64,000 nt of DNA, from contig NIVC01002618.1 of the NCBI GenBank assembly GCA_002269645.1, positions 62,001 to 126,000 of the forward strand, written 5' to 3'. Shown here in pieces: positions 12,101 through 24,710 of the stretch. This DNA is from Macrostomum lignano (lineage: Eukaryota). How positions within the stretch are numbered: the stretch's first letter is position 1; each line of letters opens with the position of its first letter. Below the pieces are notes generated by a model. That model was not told the DNA's origin. It ran no database searches and saw only the letters and a program-made list of their open reading frames with translations. The position numbers and the translations under genes were made by a program.

Positions 12101-15100
12101 CACTTCAGACTCACTAGAGTCACACCAGACTCACTAGAGTCACCCCATACTGACTAGAGTCACACCAGACTCACTAGAGTCACCCCATACTGACTAGAGT
12201 CACACCAGACTCACTAGAGTCACCCCATACTGACTAGAGTCACACCAGACTCACTTGAGTAGCCCCAGACTCACTAGAGTCACCCCAGAGTCGTTTCAGA
12301 GTCGCAGACAATAAAACGCCTCAAATCGACTCTTAAAGTGACTCTTTGGCGACTTTTAATCACAGACATCTCGTCATTTTAATGTCGTCCAGAATCACTT
12401 CTTTCCTATTTTACCTGTATTACCTGCAACGGCTATGGAGCGACGTAACTGACTCTGGGACGCTTCTTGGCCTGGGTACCGTTTTCATCGGGATCTAGAC
12501 CTTGACTTGAGTATCAGCATCTAATCAAGCTCTGGGAACGGGCATGAGTCTCTAACCTAATCCCATGAATAAGTTTCTCCCTAGTACAGTCCTGTGAATA
12601 GATTTCAGGCTTCAAATGATTTCCTGTGAACCTGTTCCCTAAACCGCATACCTCAATAACACTCGCTTCCATCCCACCTATCCAGGTGTCGCAGGTGCTG
12701 AAGGATCTGCAAAAGGACTACAGCCGTTCGGAGGACGCGTGCTCGAATCTGCCCGGCCCAGATCGAGTGCAGCAGATCACGGAACGGGCCCAGAAGCACA
12801 ACATACAGAAGGACGCGTTCCTGCGCGGCTGCCGGTTCGCCAGGCGCACCTCGGAGGCCTTCATGAAGTACCTGCACCGCAGCGGAGGTCAGCACGCCGG
12901 CTCTGTTGAAGCTCTTGTAGTCAGCGATCAGGACCAGCTGACCCAAGCCGAGAGTCAGGTGTTGGAGTCTTGGACTCAGCGTAAACGAGTCATCGATCTC
13001 TGTCAACAATACGTCACGTTTGAGTCGTCAGCTCAGCAGCTGTTGAGCTTGCTGACGCCCTGCTCAAGCTCGTCAGCCGTGCCGCCCGACACCGCGCAGA
13101 AGGTGGAGATTCTGTACGGCATCGCGACCAGCTTCGCTAGAAACGGCCACTCCCACTGCGCACAGATCCGCCAGCTGGTTGCTCAGTTCGATCGCTACGT
13201 GCCTATTGATAAGGCCAAGCGACAGTTGCTAGGCTTAGAGACCCCCGCTGAGCAGAAGCAGCCGCAGCAGCAGGACTCCAGCACCAGAGCTTCATCCGGT
13301 CTGGGTTCCGTTAGTAGCGTCACTTCCGGCGCTTCCGGTTCCGCTAGCAGCGGCATCAGCTCGTTAGATTCCAAAGCCGAGCAGAGGCAGCTGGCCGGCG
13401 ATAAGAAGCGGCGGTACATATTGAACGAGTTGATTAACACTGAGCGGGTCTACGTGAAAGATTTGCACACCTGCATTACACAGTATAAGGAGGCCATGTT
13501 CTCGCCGCCTTCTGGCTTGCAGGTGAGTATTGTGATGGAGTTGCAGTGTTTATATAACTATTGAGATTTCCGGTTCAGGTTTCGAAACTTCCGGTTCGGG
13601 TTTTCAGGTTTCCGGTTTGAGTTTTGAGACTTCCGGTTGGGGGTTTAAGATTTCCGGTTCAGGTTTCGAAATTTCCGGTTCGGGTTTTCAGATTTCCAGT
13701 TTGAGTTTTGAGACTTCCGGTTGGGGGTTTAAGATTTCCGGTTCGAATTTTGAGACTTCCGGTTGGGGGTTTAAGATTTCCGGTTGGAGTTTTGGGACTT
13801 CCGGTTGGGGGTTTAAGATTTCCGGTTCGAATTTTGAGACTTCCGGTTGGGGGTTTAAGATTTCCAGTTTGAGTTTTGAGACTTCCGGTTGGGGGTTTGA
13901 GATTTCCGGTTGGAGTTTTGGGACTTCCGGTTGGGGGTTTAAGATTTCCGGTTCGAATTTTGAGACTTCCGGTTGGGGGTTTAAGATTTCCGGTTCGAGT
14001 TTTGAGACTTCCGGTTGGGGTTTTGAGATTTCCGGTTCGAGTTTTGAGATTTCCGTTAGGAGATCTAGGATTTCCGTTAGGAGATCTAGGATTCCGTTAG
14101 GAGATCTAGGATTTCCGTTAGGAGATCTAGGATTTCCGTTAGGAGATCTAGGATTTCCGTTAGGAGATCTAGGATTTCCGTTAGGAGATCTAGGATTTCC
14201 GTTAGGAGATCTAGGATTTCCGTTAGGAGATCTAGGATTTCCGTTAGGAGATCTAGGATTTCCGTTAGGAGATCTAGGATTTCCGTTAGGAGATCTAGGA
14301 TTTCCGTTAGGAGATCTAGGATTTCCGTTAGGAGATCTAGGATTTCCGTTAGGAGATCTAGGATTTCCGTTAGGAGATCTAGGATTTCCGTTAGGAGATC
14401 TAGGATTTCCGTTAGGAGATCTAGGATTTCCGTTAGGAGATCTAGGATTTCCGTTAGGAGATCTAGGATTTCCGTTAGGAGATCTAGGATTTCCGTTAGG
14501 AGATCTAGGATTTCCGTTAGGAGATCTAGGATTTCCGTTAGGAGATCTAGGATTTCCGTTAGGAGATCTAGGATTTCCGTTAGGAGATCTAGGATTTCCG
14601 TTAGGAGATCTAGGATTTCCGTTAGGCAAGATTAAGTGCCGAAAATAATTTTCCCGAAGGGATTTTTCAATTTTTTCGACCCATCGGCTTTAGCCAATAA
14701 GAATCAGCGCAGCCTTGGCCTGTTTCCCGGTCTGTCTATAAAGCCCCTGGATTCCTTGTTGACTGTTTACGCGAATTGCCTCAGTCTGCTGTGTTCTCTG
14801 AAGCTACAGTTTGACAATATTTGCTATCCTTCACTATGCTGCCACCTACACTTCAGACACCGCCCGGCATTGTTGGCAAGGAGCGAATCATATTCGGTAA
14901 TATTGAAGCGATATACGAGTTTCATAACGGCACCTTTCTTGGCGAATTGGAGAAATACGCCAGCAGCTTCCTGCCTGAGGACACCGGGCACTGCTTTGTC
15001 AGCTTTGGCAAGCAGCTGGCTGCGCTCTATGTTGAGTACTGCGTTAATAAGACCGACTCTGCTGAGCTGCTCATCTCGCAGGTGAGTGTGCGATTGGTGC

Positions 15101-16790
15101 TATGGTTGTTGGAGCCGGTGACCATTGAGAGATGGGACTGTTTGTGGACTGGGAGATCGGACTGTTTGGGGACTTGGAGATGGGACTGTTTGGGGACTTG
15201 GAGATGGGACTGTTTGGGGACTTGGAGATGGGACTGTTTGGGGACTGGGAGATGGGACTGTTTGTGGACTGGGAGATCGGACTGTTTGTGGACTGGGAGA
15301 TGGGACTGTTTGTGGACTGGGAGATGGGACTGTTTGGGGCCTGGGAGATGGGACTGTTTGTGGACTGGGAGATGGGACTGTTTGGGGACTGGGAGATGGG
15401 ACTGTTTGGGGACTTGGAGATGGGACTGTTTGGGGACTTGGAGATCGGACTGTTTAAGGACTGGGAGATGGGACTGTTTGGGGACTTGGAGATCGGACTG
15501 TTTAAGGACTGGGAGATGGGACTATTTGGGGACTGGGAGATCGGATTGTTTGGAGACCTCAGTTAGGACTTACAGAAGGGTCTGTGACCATTAAATGGTT
15601 TCAGTCTTGACCAATCCAGTGACTTAAACATAAACAATGGATGGATTTGGCTTAGTGAAGACACATTACTTTGAGTTATACGTGCCCAAAGCTCCAGTTC
15701 CTCAATCCGCACAATTCTCCCCCCCCCCTGGCAACAGGCGGGCAGCTTTTTCGAAGAGGTGCAGGCTCGTCTGAGCATCAACGGGCCGCTGCAGAGCTAC
15801 CTGATCAAGCCAGTCCAGCGCATCACCAAATACCAGCTGCTGCTGAAGGAGCTGCTAGACAACTGCGAGCTGGCTTCTACTAGCGAAATTCAAGAAGGCC
15901 TGGACGCAATGATTGCCGTGCCGAAGAAGGCGAACGACGCCCTACACCTCAGCATGCTGGACGGCCTTCCCGACGGTGACCGTCTGGCCAGATTCGGCGA
16001 TGTACTTCTGCACGACTCATTCGTGGTCTGGGAGCCGCGGCAGCTGATTCGGAAGGGTCGCGACCGCCACGTGTTCCTATTTGACTTGTTCATTGTCTTC
16101 GCCAAGGAGGTCGCGGTTAGCGAGTCGGACAGCGGCGGCGGCGGCGGCGGAGGCGGCGGCTACGTCAGCGGTACAAAGACTCGCTACCAGTTCAAGCAGA
16201 AGTTCGCCCTGTCGAACTGCTCAATCACCGAACAGGTGGACAGCGACCCGTGCAAATTCGGCATGTGGCCAGCCGGGGCGCCAATCAGAGACGAGTACCG
16301 GCTGATTCTCAAGGCCAACTGCCTGGAGACCAAGCAGCAGTGGGTGAATCTGATGCGCGAGAATATCCAAGATAAATTCTGCTGCATGCCGAGTCTTTAT
16401 CCGCGCAACTCGTTGTCAACCGGTAGTAAGTCTTCGGACAGCAGCATGGGCGCGGCGGTGGAGTGCTCGGTTCAGGAGGACTACCAGGCTTCCAAGCCCG
16501 GCGAGCTCACAGTGTCGGCTGGTCAGCTGTGCGAGCTTATCGAACTCCTGCCGGGCGAGATCGCCTCCGTTAGGCTGCTCAGCGATAACAGCGAAGGTCA
16601 ATTGCCGGCCGCAATTCTGCGCAAGACGCCGCAACAGCAGCAGCCGCCGCCGCCGCAGCAGCAGCCGCGCACCTCCTTCCGCAAGTGGCTTCCCAAGACT
16701 AAGAAGCCGTTCCGCCGTTCGTCCAAATCTGAATTATTGGAGACCGCCGCCGCTCTGCCAAAGAAGCTGGCAGCTGCCCAGCTCAAGTCT

Positions 16791-16821
<31 letters not shown>

Positions 16822-19800
16822 CCCAACAGCAGCCGCAGCAGATATCGGGCACTCAGCAGCCAGCGCCGGCTATCAAAGACGCCCTGCTGGACAATGTCAG
16901 CGAAGAATCAGTGGAGCTGGAGCTGCCGCCGCCTATGGAGGCCCTGCAGGACCTGCCAGCTCTGGACAACGAAGGCGACGAGACCGAGACGGATCTCGGC
17001 CAGGCCATCGTTGAGGGCCGCTGCTACCAGGACGATCTAATCGAAGAGGACGAAGAGGATCAAGGAGACGAGGAAGCTGAGGATGACGAAGGCGAAACTG
17101 AGTGCGACGATTCCGAATGCGAAGCCCGCCGGAGAGGCGGCGGCGGCGGCGGCGGCGACGGACCCGGAGGTGCCGGCGGCGGCAGCGGCGGTGGAGCGGA
17201 CAACAATAACGGCGACTGTTCGTCTTGCTCGCCATCTCCGTCGCCACCTCCGGGCGAGTCGAACGGCAGCGGCGGCGGCAACGGCGGAGCCGCAGCTGCT
17301 GAGCCAGCGGACGGAGACTCGGCCAGCGCCAGCGGCAGCAGCGCAAGTCCCGCCGTCCCAGCCGATTCGTTGTCGGTGGGTTCGAATCCGAATCATCAGC
17401 ATAATCTGGCGTCCTCTGCTGATCACGGCGGCAACGGCGGAGGCGGCAATGGCGACGATGCGGGCTCCGTGTCGACTAGCAGCGCAGAGAGCTCCCAGCG
17501 ACGCCAGCACGCGATCTACGAACTGATGGAGTCGGAGGAGAGCTACGTCAACAAGCTGCAGTTTGTTGCCAGGCACTATATACCGTTAAAGGATGAAGCG
17601 GCAACGCTTGATCAGCTGCCGAGCCCGCCGGCTGATCTGAAGGAGAAATGGCGATTGGTGTGGGGCAACTGGCTCCGGCTGCTGGATGGTCACAGGGAGC
17701 TGCTGGCCAGGGCCCGGCAGGCTGTGGAGACCAGCGGCCTGGACAGCGTGGCGGATGTGTTCATAGCCAAGGAGCGCCACCTCACCAGCTGGTACTCCAA
17801 GTACTGCGAGAACCATCGCAAGGCTCAGCACATCGCCTGCGAACAGCACAAAGACTATTTTGAGCAGGTCAGGCTGGCGCTGAGAGACAAGGAGGACATG
17901 AACTCGCACCTGATGAACCCGGTGCAGCGCTGCATGCGGTACAGCCTCCTAGTTGGCGTCATCGTTGAGAAGGCGCGCAAAGACGGCCTCGGCGGCCCGG
18001 CCCTGGCAGCCTGGGAGCGGGTGCACCGCCTGATGCGCGAGCTGCCATGCAAAACTGAGAGCATTATGGAGGCATCGAGAATCGATCATCTGGAGCCGGG
18101 TATTCGCGTAACCGCCCTGGGCCAGATGCGCTGCAAAGCTGTGCTCAACGTGTGCCACCTGCCCGGACACCTGTACAATCCGGCTGTTAATCCCGCTGTT
18201 AGCCAGCTGAAATTCGAGCAGCGCAAGGTGTTTCTGTTCGACCAGATGATGCTGGTCACGGAGCCGAAGGCCACTGGCAACAATGGCACCCCGCTTCTGC
18301 AGCAGCGAGCCAGCCGGCACAGTATCATGCAACTGGCCGACACCTCCGCAGCCGCCCTGCAGACAGTCTACCTGTACAGAGGCAAAGTCAAGGTTAATAA
18401 TATGCGATTCAATTCCAATTATCATTCGGCCGCAGAGTCTGGCGAGTCGGCCCTTCTATTCGCTGTCACGGATGTCACGCCAGGCGATGTGGCAACGTTT
18501 GTGTTCGAGGCCGGGTCGGCCCCGGTCAGGCAGCAGCTGGTGGCTGAGCTGACGGCTATGCAGCAGCAGCAGGCCGACTTTCTCAAGCTGCTGCAGAATC
18601 CGGTTAGCAGCGGCTGCGGCGGAGTCGGAGCTGGCGGTATTGACGGTTTCGACTTTACTGCCATGACTGCTGCTGCCGCTGCGCCTCGGGTGGGACTCGA
18701 AGATGGAGAGCCCGCGCTTGCTGCTGGCAAAGGCAAAAATAAGAAGTGAGAATTATAACTGCTCTCTTGGTAGCGCTTCTAGGGAGGGTTGTGTAGCTGT
18801 AGTGCCACGGTATAGTATCACAGCAGTGTCACTCCAGTGTTACCCCATTGTTTGTCAATTGTCGCAGTATTGTCACTCCAGTGTCACTCCATCGTTAGTC
18901 AATTGTCGCAGTATTGTCACTCCAGTGTCACTTCATTGTTAGTCAATTGTCACAGTATTGTCACTCCAGTGTCACAGTATTGTCACTCCAGTGTTACAGT
19001 ATTGTCACTCCAGTGTCACAGTATTGTCACTCCAGTGTCACAGTATTGTCACTCCAGTGTCACAGTATTGTCACTCCAGTGTCACAGTATTGTCACTCCA
19101 GTGTTACAGTATTGTCACTCCAGTGTCACAGTATTGTCACTCCAGTGTCACAGTATTGTCACTCCAGTGTTACAGTATTGTCACTCCAGTGTTACAGTAT
19201 TGTCACTCCAGTGTCACATAGATTCAAATTCGCAACTGTTCATCAGTCGCAGCCCAATCCACCAACTGAACACTCTGTTTCCATCAAATTGAATTTCTAC
19301 TAGTTCCGTGTGGCAACCATTTTGTTCTTGCAACTTCAATTGGGAAGCCTGTTCTATTTATGCAGCTGCAAGGGTTAATGGCACATCGCCTGCGCCTGGC
19401 CTTAATTGACTGGGAGGAGAGGAAGATAGGAGATGATGAAGGAGCGCATGGGGTTTCCATGCGGGCGAGGAAAGAGTGAAGAGCAGAATTCCCATCGGCA
19501 GCTGCATGGCAGCCAATTTTCACTTTCTATATATATTTAAATATATTAAATAATATGCCTGACCCGCCCTGAGGGACTTTGCGTGCTGTCAGTATGGTTT
19601 TTATATGCATTATGCATCACTTTTGTATTAAATTCTCGATTAGGCTTCTAGGTGTTGGGCTCTGTATGCATGGACTTCTGTGTGTGTGTTTATCTCACCC
19701 TCACATGTCTCAGTGTGTTTATCTCACCCTCACATGTCTCAGTGTTTATCTCACCCTCACATGTCTCAGTGTGTTTATCTCACCCTCACATGTCTCAGTG

Positions 19801-22800
19801 TTTATCTCACCCTCACATGTCTCAGTGTGTTTATCTCACCCTCACATGTCTCAGTGTTTATCTCACCCTCACATGTCTCAGTATGTTTATCTCACCCTCA
19901 CATGTCTCAGTGTGTTTATCTCACCCTCATGTCTCAGTGTGTTTATCTCACCCTCACATGTCTCAGTGTTTATCTCACCCTCACATGTCTCAGTGTGTTT
20001 ATCTCACCCTCACATGTCTCAGTGTTTATCTCACCCTCACATGTCTCAGTGTGTTTATCTCACCCTCACATGTCTCAGTGTTTATCTCACCCTCACATGT
20101 CTCAGTGTGTTTATCTCACCCTCACATGTCTCAGTGTTTATCTCACCCTCACATGTCTCAGTATGTTTATCTCACCCTCACATGTCTCAGTGTGTTTATC
20201 TCACCCTCATGTCTCAGTGTGTTTATCTCACCCTCATGTCTCAGTGTGTTTATCTCACCCTCATCATGTCTCAGTGTGTTTATCTCACCCTCATGTCTCA
20301 GTGTGTTTATCTCACCCTCTCATGTCTCAGTGTGTTTATCTCACCCTCACATGTCTCAGTGTTTATCTCACCCTCACATGTCTCAGTATGTTTATCTCAC
20401 CCTCATGTCTCAGTGTGTTTATCTCACCCTCATGTCTCAGTGTGTTTAGCTCACCCTCACATTGTCTCAGTGTGTTTATCTCACCCTCATGTCTCAGTGT
20501 GTTTATCTCACCCTCATGTCTCAGTGTGTTTATCTCACCCTCTCATGTCTCAGTGTGTTTATCTCACCATCTCATGTCTCAGTGTGTTTATCTCACCCTC
20601 ATGTCTTAGTGTGTTTATCTCACCCTCATGTCTCAGTGTGTTTATCTCACCCTCACATGTCTCAGTCTGTTTATCTCACCCTCACATTGTCTCAGTGTGT
20701 TTATCTCACCCTCATGTCTCAGTGTGTTTATCTCACCCTCATGTCTCAGTGTGTTTATCTCACCCTCATGTCTCAGTGTGTTTATCTCACCCTCATGTCT
20801 CAGTGTGTTTATCTCACCCTCATCTCTTAGTGTGTTTATCTCACCCTCATGTCTCAGTGTGTTTATCTCACCCTCATGTCTCAGTGTGTTTATCTCACCC
20901 TCATGTCTCAGTGTGTTTATCTCACCCTCTCATGTCTCAGTGTGTTTATCTCACCCTCTCATGTCTCAGTGTGTTTATCTCACCCTCATGTCTCAGTGTG
21001 TTTATCTCACCCTCATGTCTCAGTGTGTTTATCTCACCCTCTTATGTCTCAGTGTGTTTATCTCACCCTCACATGTATCAGTGTGTTTATCTCACCCTCA
21101 CATGTCTCAGTGTGTTTATCTCACCCTCACATGTCTCAGTGTGTTTATCTCACCCTCACATGTCTCAGTGTTTATCTCACCCTCACATGTCTCAGTATGT
21201 TTATCTCACCCTCTCATGTCTCAGTGTGTTTATCTCACCCTCATGTCTCAGTGTGTTTATCTCACCCTCTCATGTCTCAGTGTGTTTATCTCACCCTCAC
21301 ATGTCTCAGTGTGTTTATCTCACCCTCACATGTCTCAGTGTGTTTATCTCACCCTCACATGTCTCAGTGTGTTTATCTCACCCTCACATGTCTCAGTGTT
21401 TATCTCACCCTCACATGTCTCAGTATGTTTATCTCACCCTCTCATGTCTCAGTGTGTTTATCTCACCCTCATGTCTCAGTGTGTTTATCTCACCCTCATG
21501 TCTCAGTGTGTTTATCTCACCCTCTCATGTCTCAGTGTGTTTATCTCACCCTCTTATGTCTCAGTGTGTTTATCTCACCCTCTCATGTCTCAGTGTGTTC
21601 ATCTCACCATCTCATGTCTCAGTGTGTTTATCTCACCCTCACATGTCTCAGTGTGTTTATCTCACCCTCACATGTCTCAGTGTGTTTATCTCACCCTCAC
21701 ATGTCTCAGTGTGTTTATCTCACCCTCTCATGTCTCAGTGTGTTTATCTCACCCTCATGTCTCAGTGTGTTTATCTCACCCTCATGTCTCAGTGTGTTTA
21801 TCTCACCCTCATGTCTCAGTGTGTTTATCTCACCCTCTTATGTCTCAGTGTGTTTATCTCACCCTCTCATGTCTCAGTGTGTTTATCTCACCCTCTCATG
21901 TCTCAGTGTGTTTATCTCACCATCTCATGTCTCAGTGTGTTTATCTCACCCTCACATGTCTCAGTGTGTTTATCTCACCCTCACATGTCTCAGTGTGTTT
22001 ATCTCACCCTCACATGTCTCAGTGTGTTTATCTCACCCTCACATGTCTCAGTATGTTTATCTCACCCTCTCATGTCTCAGTGTGTTTATCTCACCCTCAT
22101 GTCTCAGTGTGTTTATCTCACCCTCATGTCTCAGTGTGTTTATCTCACCCTCATGTCTCAGTGTGTTTATCTCACCCTCTCATGTCTCAGTGTGTTTATC
22201 TCACCCTCTTATGTCTCAGTGTGTTTATCTCACCCTCTCATGTCTCAGTGTGTTTATCTCACCATCTCATGTCTCAGTGTGTTTATCTCACCATCTCATG
22301 TCTCAGTGTGTTTATCTCACCCTCACATGTCTCAGTGTGTTTATCTCACCCTCACATGTCTCAGTGTGTTTATCTCACCCTCATGTCTCAGTGTGTTTAT
22401 CTCACCCTCATGTCTCAGTGTGTTTATCTCACCCTCACATGTCTCAGTGTGTTTATCTCACCCTCATGTCTCAGTGTTTTTATCTCACCCTCATGTCTCA
22501 GTGTGTTTATCTCACCCTCATGTCTCAGTGTGTTTATCTCACCCTCATGTCTCAGTGTGTTTATCTCACCCTCTCATGTCTCAGTGTGTTCATCTCACCA
22601 TCTCATGTCTCAGTGTGTTTATCTCACCCTCACATGTCTCTGTGTGTTTATCTCACCCTCATGTCTCAGTGTGTTTATCTCACCGTCTGTCTGATTCTTA
22701 TCTTTTTATGTAGCCCTCTTCCTGCTTTGGTCAATGGAATATCTCTCGCTCAAAATTCAATTCCGATTTTATGGCTTTCCTGAAATTGCAACTCTCAAAA

Positions 22801-24710
22801 GTGAACTTCCAAGTTCAAAGTAAGTTATATGATTTTGCAAGTTTATTCGTTAGGCTTTAAATGAAAATAAAATTTTTAACCGGAAATAATTACCTCAGGA
22901 AACTTTTCTCCTCTTAAATAGCAATAAAATTTATCCTTTCACCACAATTTTTTATGGAAATTTTGAATCAGTTGTAAAATGATGGACCACTAATAAAATT
23001 TTATTCAATTTTGGCATATCCAGTTTTTTGTTTAAATGCATTTTCTCTCTGCTTAACTTCTAAGCAAATGGATCAAACTCAACAATTTATACTCCAGTAT
23101 CCGAATATAGTCTGCTTCTGTCTGTAGATAATAATTATCTGTCTTAAAAAATCGTTCTTAATACTTGATTTTTAGTCATTCTGGGATTCCCCCAGATTGG
23201 AATTCCGCACCCTCCAGGATTCACACAGTTTAAAATTCATTTAGTTTGGAATTCCTAAGTTTCGGATTCTCACAGTTAGGTCTGTACCGATTTCAAATTT
23301 CCCTTTTTGAATTTCCTTCAATATGAAATTCCCCCCCCCAGTTTGAGATACCCCATGAAATCGGGATTCCCCAGTTTAGGGTTTCTTAGATTAGATTCCC
23401 TGTTTTTTATTTCCCTATTTGGGATTCCCCAGTTTTGGATTCCCCAGTTCGGGATTCCCCAGTTTTTTATTTTCCTATTTGGGATTCCCCAGTTTGGGAT
23501 TCCCCAGTTCGGGATTCCCCAGTTCGGGATTCCCCTGTTTTTTATTTCCCTATTTGGGATTCCCCAGTTCGGGATTCACCTGTTTTTATTTCCCTATTTG
23601 GGATTCACCAGTTGGGATTCCCCAATTGGGGATTCCCAGTTTTTTTTACTTCCTACGCTCGTAGTTTGGAATTCCCCAGTTCGGGATTCCCCCTGTTGTT
23701 TATTTCCCAGTTTGGGATTCCCCAGTTTTTGATTTCCAGTTTAGGATTCCTAGGGACAGCCTAGGGACTAGACAGCTAGTTCGCATTCTATTTATAATCC
23801 GAAAGAAGTAGACTCGCCCAACTACGGTGTGTACAGCAGCCTCGCCCTCTCTCCATCCAGGACCTCCAATTCAAAGCTGGCGCTCGCTTCAAAGCAGAAG
23901 CAGCAACTCAGCAACGGCCAGCAGCAGCGGAACGCCTCTTTCAACCCCGGGGACAGCAGTTCGACTCTGACCAACAATGTCGGTCTTTATAACAATTCCC
24001 TACCGGCCGCCGCTGCCCCACCGACGCCGCCGCCGCCGCCTCCGCAACCGCAGCTGAACGACTATCAGCTGGATGGCCGGATGACCCAGGCTGTTCAAAA
24101 GGTAGCGCGCTAAAGATTTTGGCGCCACAATTCTCTAATTAATGGGGTTTTGGCGCCACAATTATCTAATTAATATGGTTTTGGCGCCACAATTCTCTAA
24201 TTAATGGGGTTTTGGCGCCACAATTATCTAATTAATGGGGTTTTGGCGCCACAATTATCTAATTAATGGGGCTTTGGCGCCACAATTATCTAATTAATGG
24301 GGTTTTGGCGCCACAATTATCTAATTAATGGGGTTTTGGCGCCACAATTCTCTAATTAATGGGGTTTTGGCGCCTCATTTCTCCAATTGTTGCTACAATG
24401 AGTCAATTCCGAAAGATATTGTCGATGCAAAAGGATGTGGAAAGTCATATTTAATCCAAATTGTTGAGACAACTGTCATGACCTGAAATGCTTCCACATT
24501 GTAAACAGTGTATTGGGCCTAGCTTAGATCACTGCATGAATGAATCAAAGCCCTCCCTTCATCCCCCAGGACCTGCTCGAACGGTTGCCAGGCGACCCGC
24601 CGGCCGGTTTAACCAAGAAGAAATCTGGCATAAACTTCCCCGGCTTGCAGAGTTTCTTTACTAATAAGAAGAGCAAAAGCAAATCCGAGTCGAAGCTGCA
24701 TCCAAATTGA
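974..24710 (+). CDS. trio: Trio/Kalirin/UNC-73-like RhoGEF (Sec14/CRAL-TRIO, spectrin repeats, DH1-PH1, SH3, acidic/Gly-rich linker, DH2-PH2; no Ig/kinase). 5' end unresolved; at least ~2,470 aa
   Basis: Exons: ~974-1358, 2642-3010, 5297-5632, 6330-7286, 8423-9011, 10769-11088, 12686-13522, 14857-15081, 15738-18745, 23837-24101, 24570-24710. All are GT-AG and phase-compatible. Motifs: [19 protein letters not shown] (Sec14 start), [18 protein letters not shown] (spectrin), [19 protein letters not shown] and [15 protein letters not shown] (DH1), GRDRHVFLF (PH1), [14 protein letters not shown] (DH2), DFLKLLQNP (PH2 extension). Confidence 0.93.
1385..2520. repeat. ~32-34-bp G-rich minisatellite TTTTAGGGGGGCGGATCCTGCGGGGGTTGGA (Trio intron 1)
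   Basis: Tandem units with variable G/T runs. Confidence 0.95.
3190..5100. repeat. CT-rich compound array: 42/44-bp unit, then TCACCC-rich low complexity (Trio intron 2)
   Basis: CCTCCTCTGTCACCTTTTTACTCATCCTGTCTCCTCACCCTCT repeats. Confidence 0.93.
5670..6290. repeat. (GACA)n microsatellite with AAACCAA interruptions
   Basis: Direct reading. Confidence 0.95.
7340..8340. repeat. ~22-bp minisatellite AATCCTTACCTTGAGAATCGCT
   Basis: Tandem units. Confidence 0.93.
9035..9394. repeat. ~50-bp C-rich minisatellite, bounded at its 3' end by the mariner
   Basis: CCCCACATGAACTCCT(A/G)CCCCTCAACGTACACTCTCCCCGACCA units. Confidence 0.88.
9397..10702 (-). mobile_element. Full-length mariner (DD34D) DNA transposon, 1306 bp, in Trio intron 5
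   Basis: 32-bp TIRs CGAGGGATACTC(T/C)AAAAGTTTTGCAATTCAAC at 9397-9428 and 10671-10702 (1 mismatch); TA duplication at 9395-96 and 10703-04. Confidence 0.96.
9460..10519 (-). pseudogene. Mariner transposase (~353 aa when repaired) with two apparent 1-bp deletions
   Basis: ATG at 10519 (MELNREQNR). Motifs WIPHIL, VITGDET and HHDNAP; after a frameshift near 9746, [16 protein letters not shown]; after a second frameshift near 9505, [13 protein letters not shown]-stop (TAA 9462-9460). Confidence 0.92.
11420..12290. repeat. 20-21-bp minisatellite CAGACTCACTAGAGTCACCCC
   Basis: Tandem units with an internal GACTC/GAGTC inverted repeat. Confidence 0.93.
13565..14045. repeat. 42-bp (2x21) minisatellite containing ACTTCCGG
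   Basis: GAGACTTCCGGTTGGGGGTTTAAGATTTCCGGTT... units. Confidence 0.9.
14046..14625. repeat. Highly homogeneous 21-bp minisatellite GGATTTCCGTTAGGAGATCTA
   Basis: Nearly identical units. Confidence 0.96.
15125..15555. repeat. 21-bp minisatellite GGGAGATGGGACTGTTTG(G/T)GGA
   Basis: Tandem units. Confidence 0.93.
18850..19215. repeat. 22-bp minisatellite CAGTATTGTCACTCCAGTGTCA
   Basis: Tandem units. Confidence 0.93.
19690..22685. repeat. 27/29-bp minisatellite ATGTCTCAGTGTGTTTATCTCACCCTC(AC), ~3 kb
   Basis: Tandem units. Confidence 0.96.
23350..23750. repeat. Degenerate GGGATTCCCCAGTT-based minisatellite
   Basis: Tandem units. Confidence 0.85.
24117..24375. repeat. 31-bp minisatellite TTTTGGCGCCACAATTATCTAATTAATGGGG
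   Basis: About 9 units in the last Trio intron. Confidence 0.93.

Noticed and set aside
13617-14648. PLGDLGF / PNGNPRS collagen-like ORFs
   Set aside because: 21-bp repeat read in frame on both strands; lies in a Trio intron.
15890-18736. Many antisense and alternate-frame ORFs over the Trio large exon
   Set aside because: Shadow ORFs of GC-rich coding sequence.
19579-22783. ORFs up to 1044 aa ([10 protein letters not shown] repeats)
   Set aside because: Stop-free by unit composition, open in several frames, intronic.
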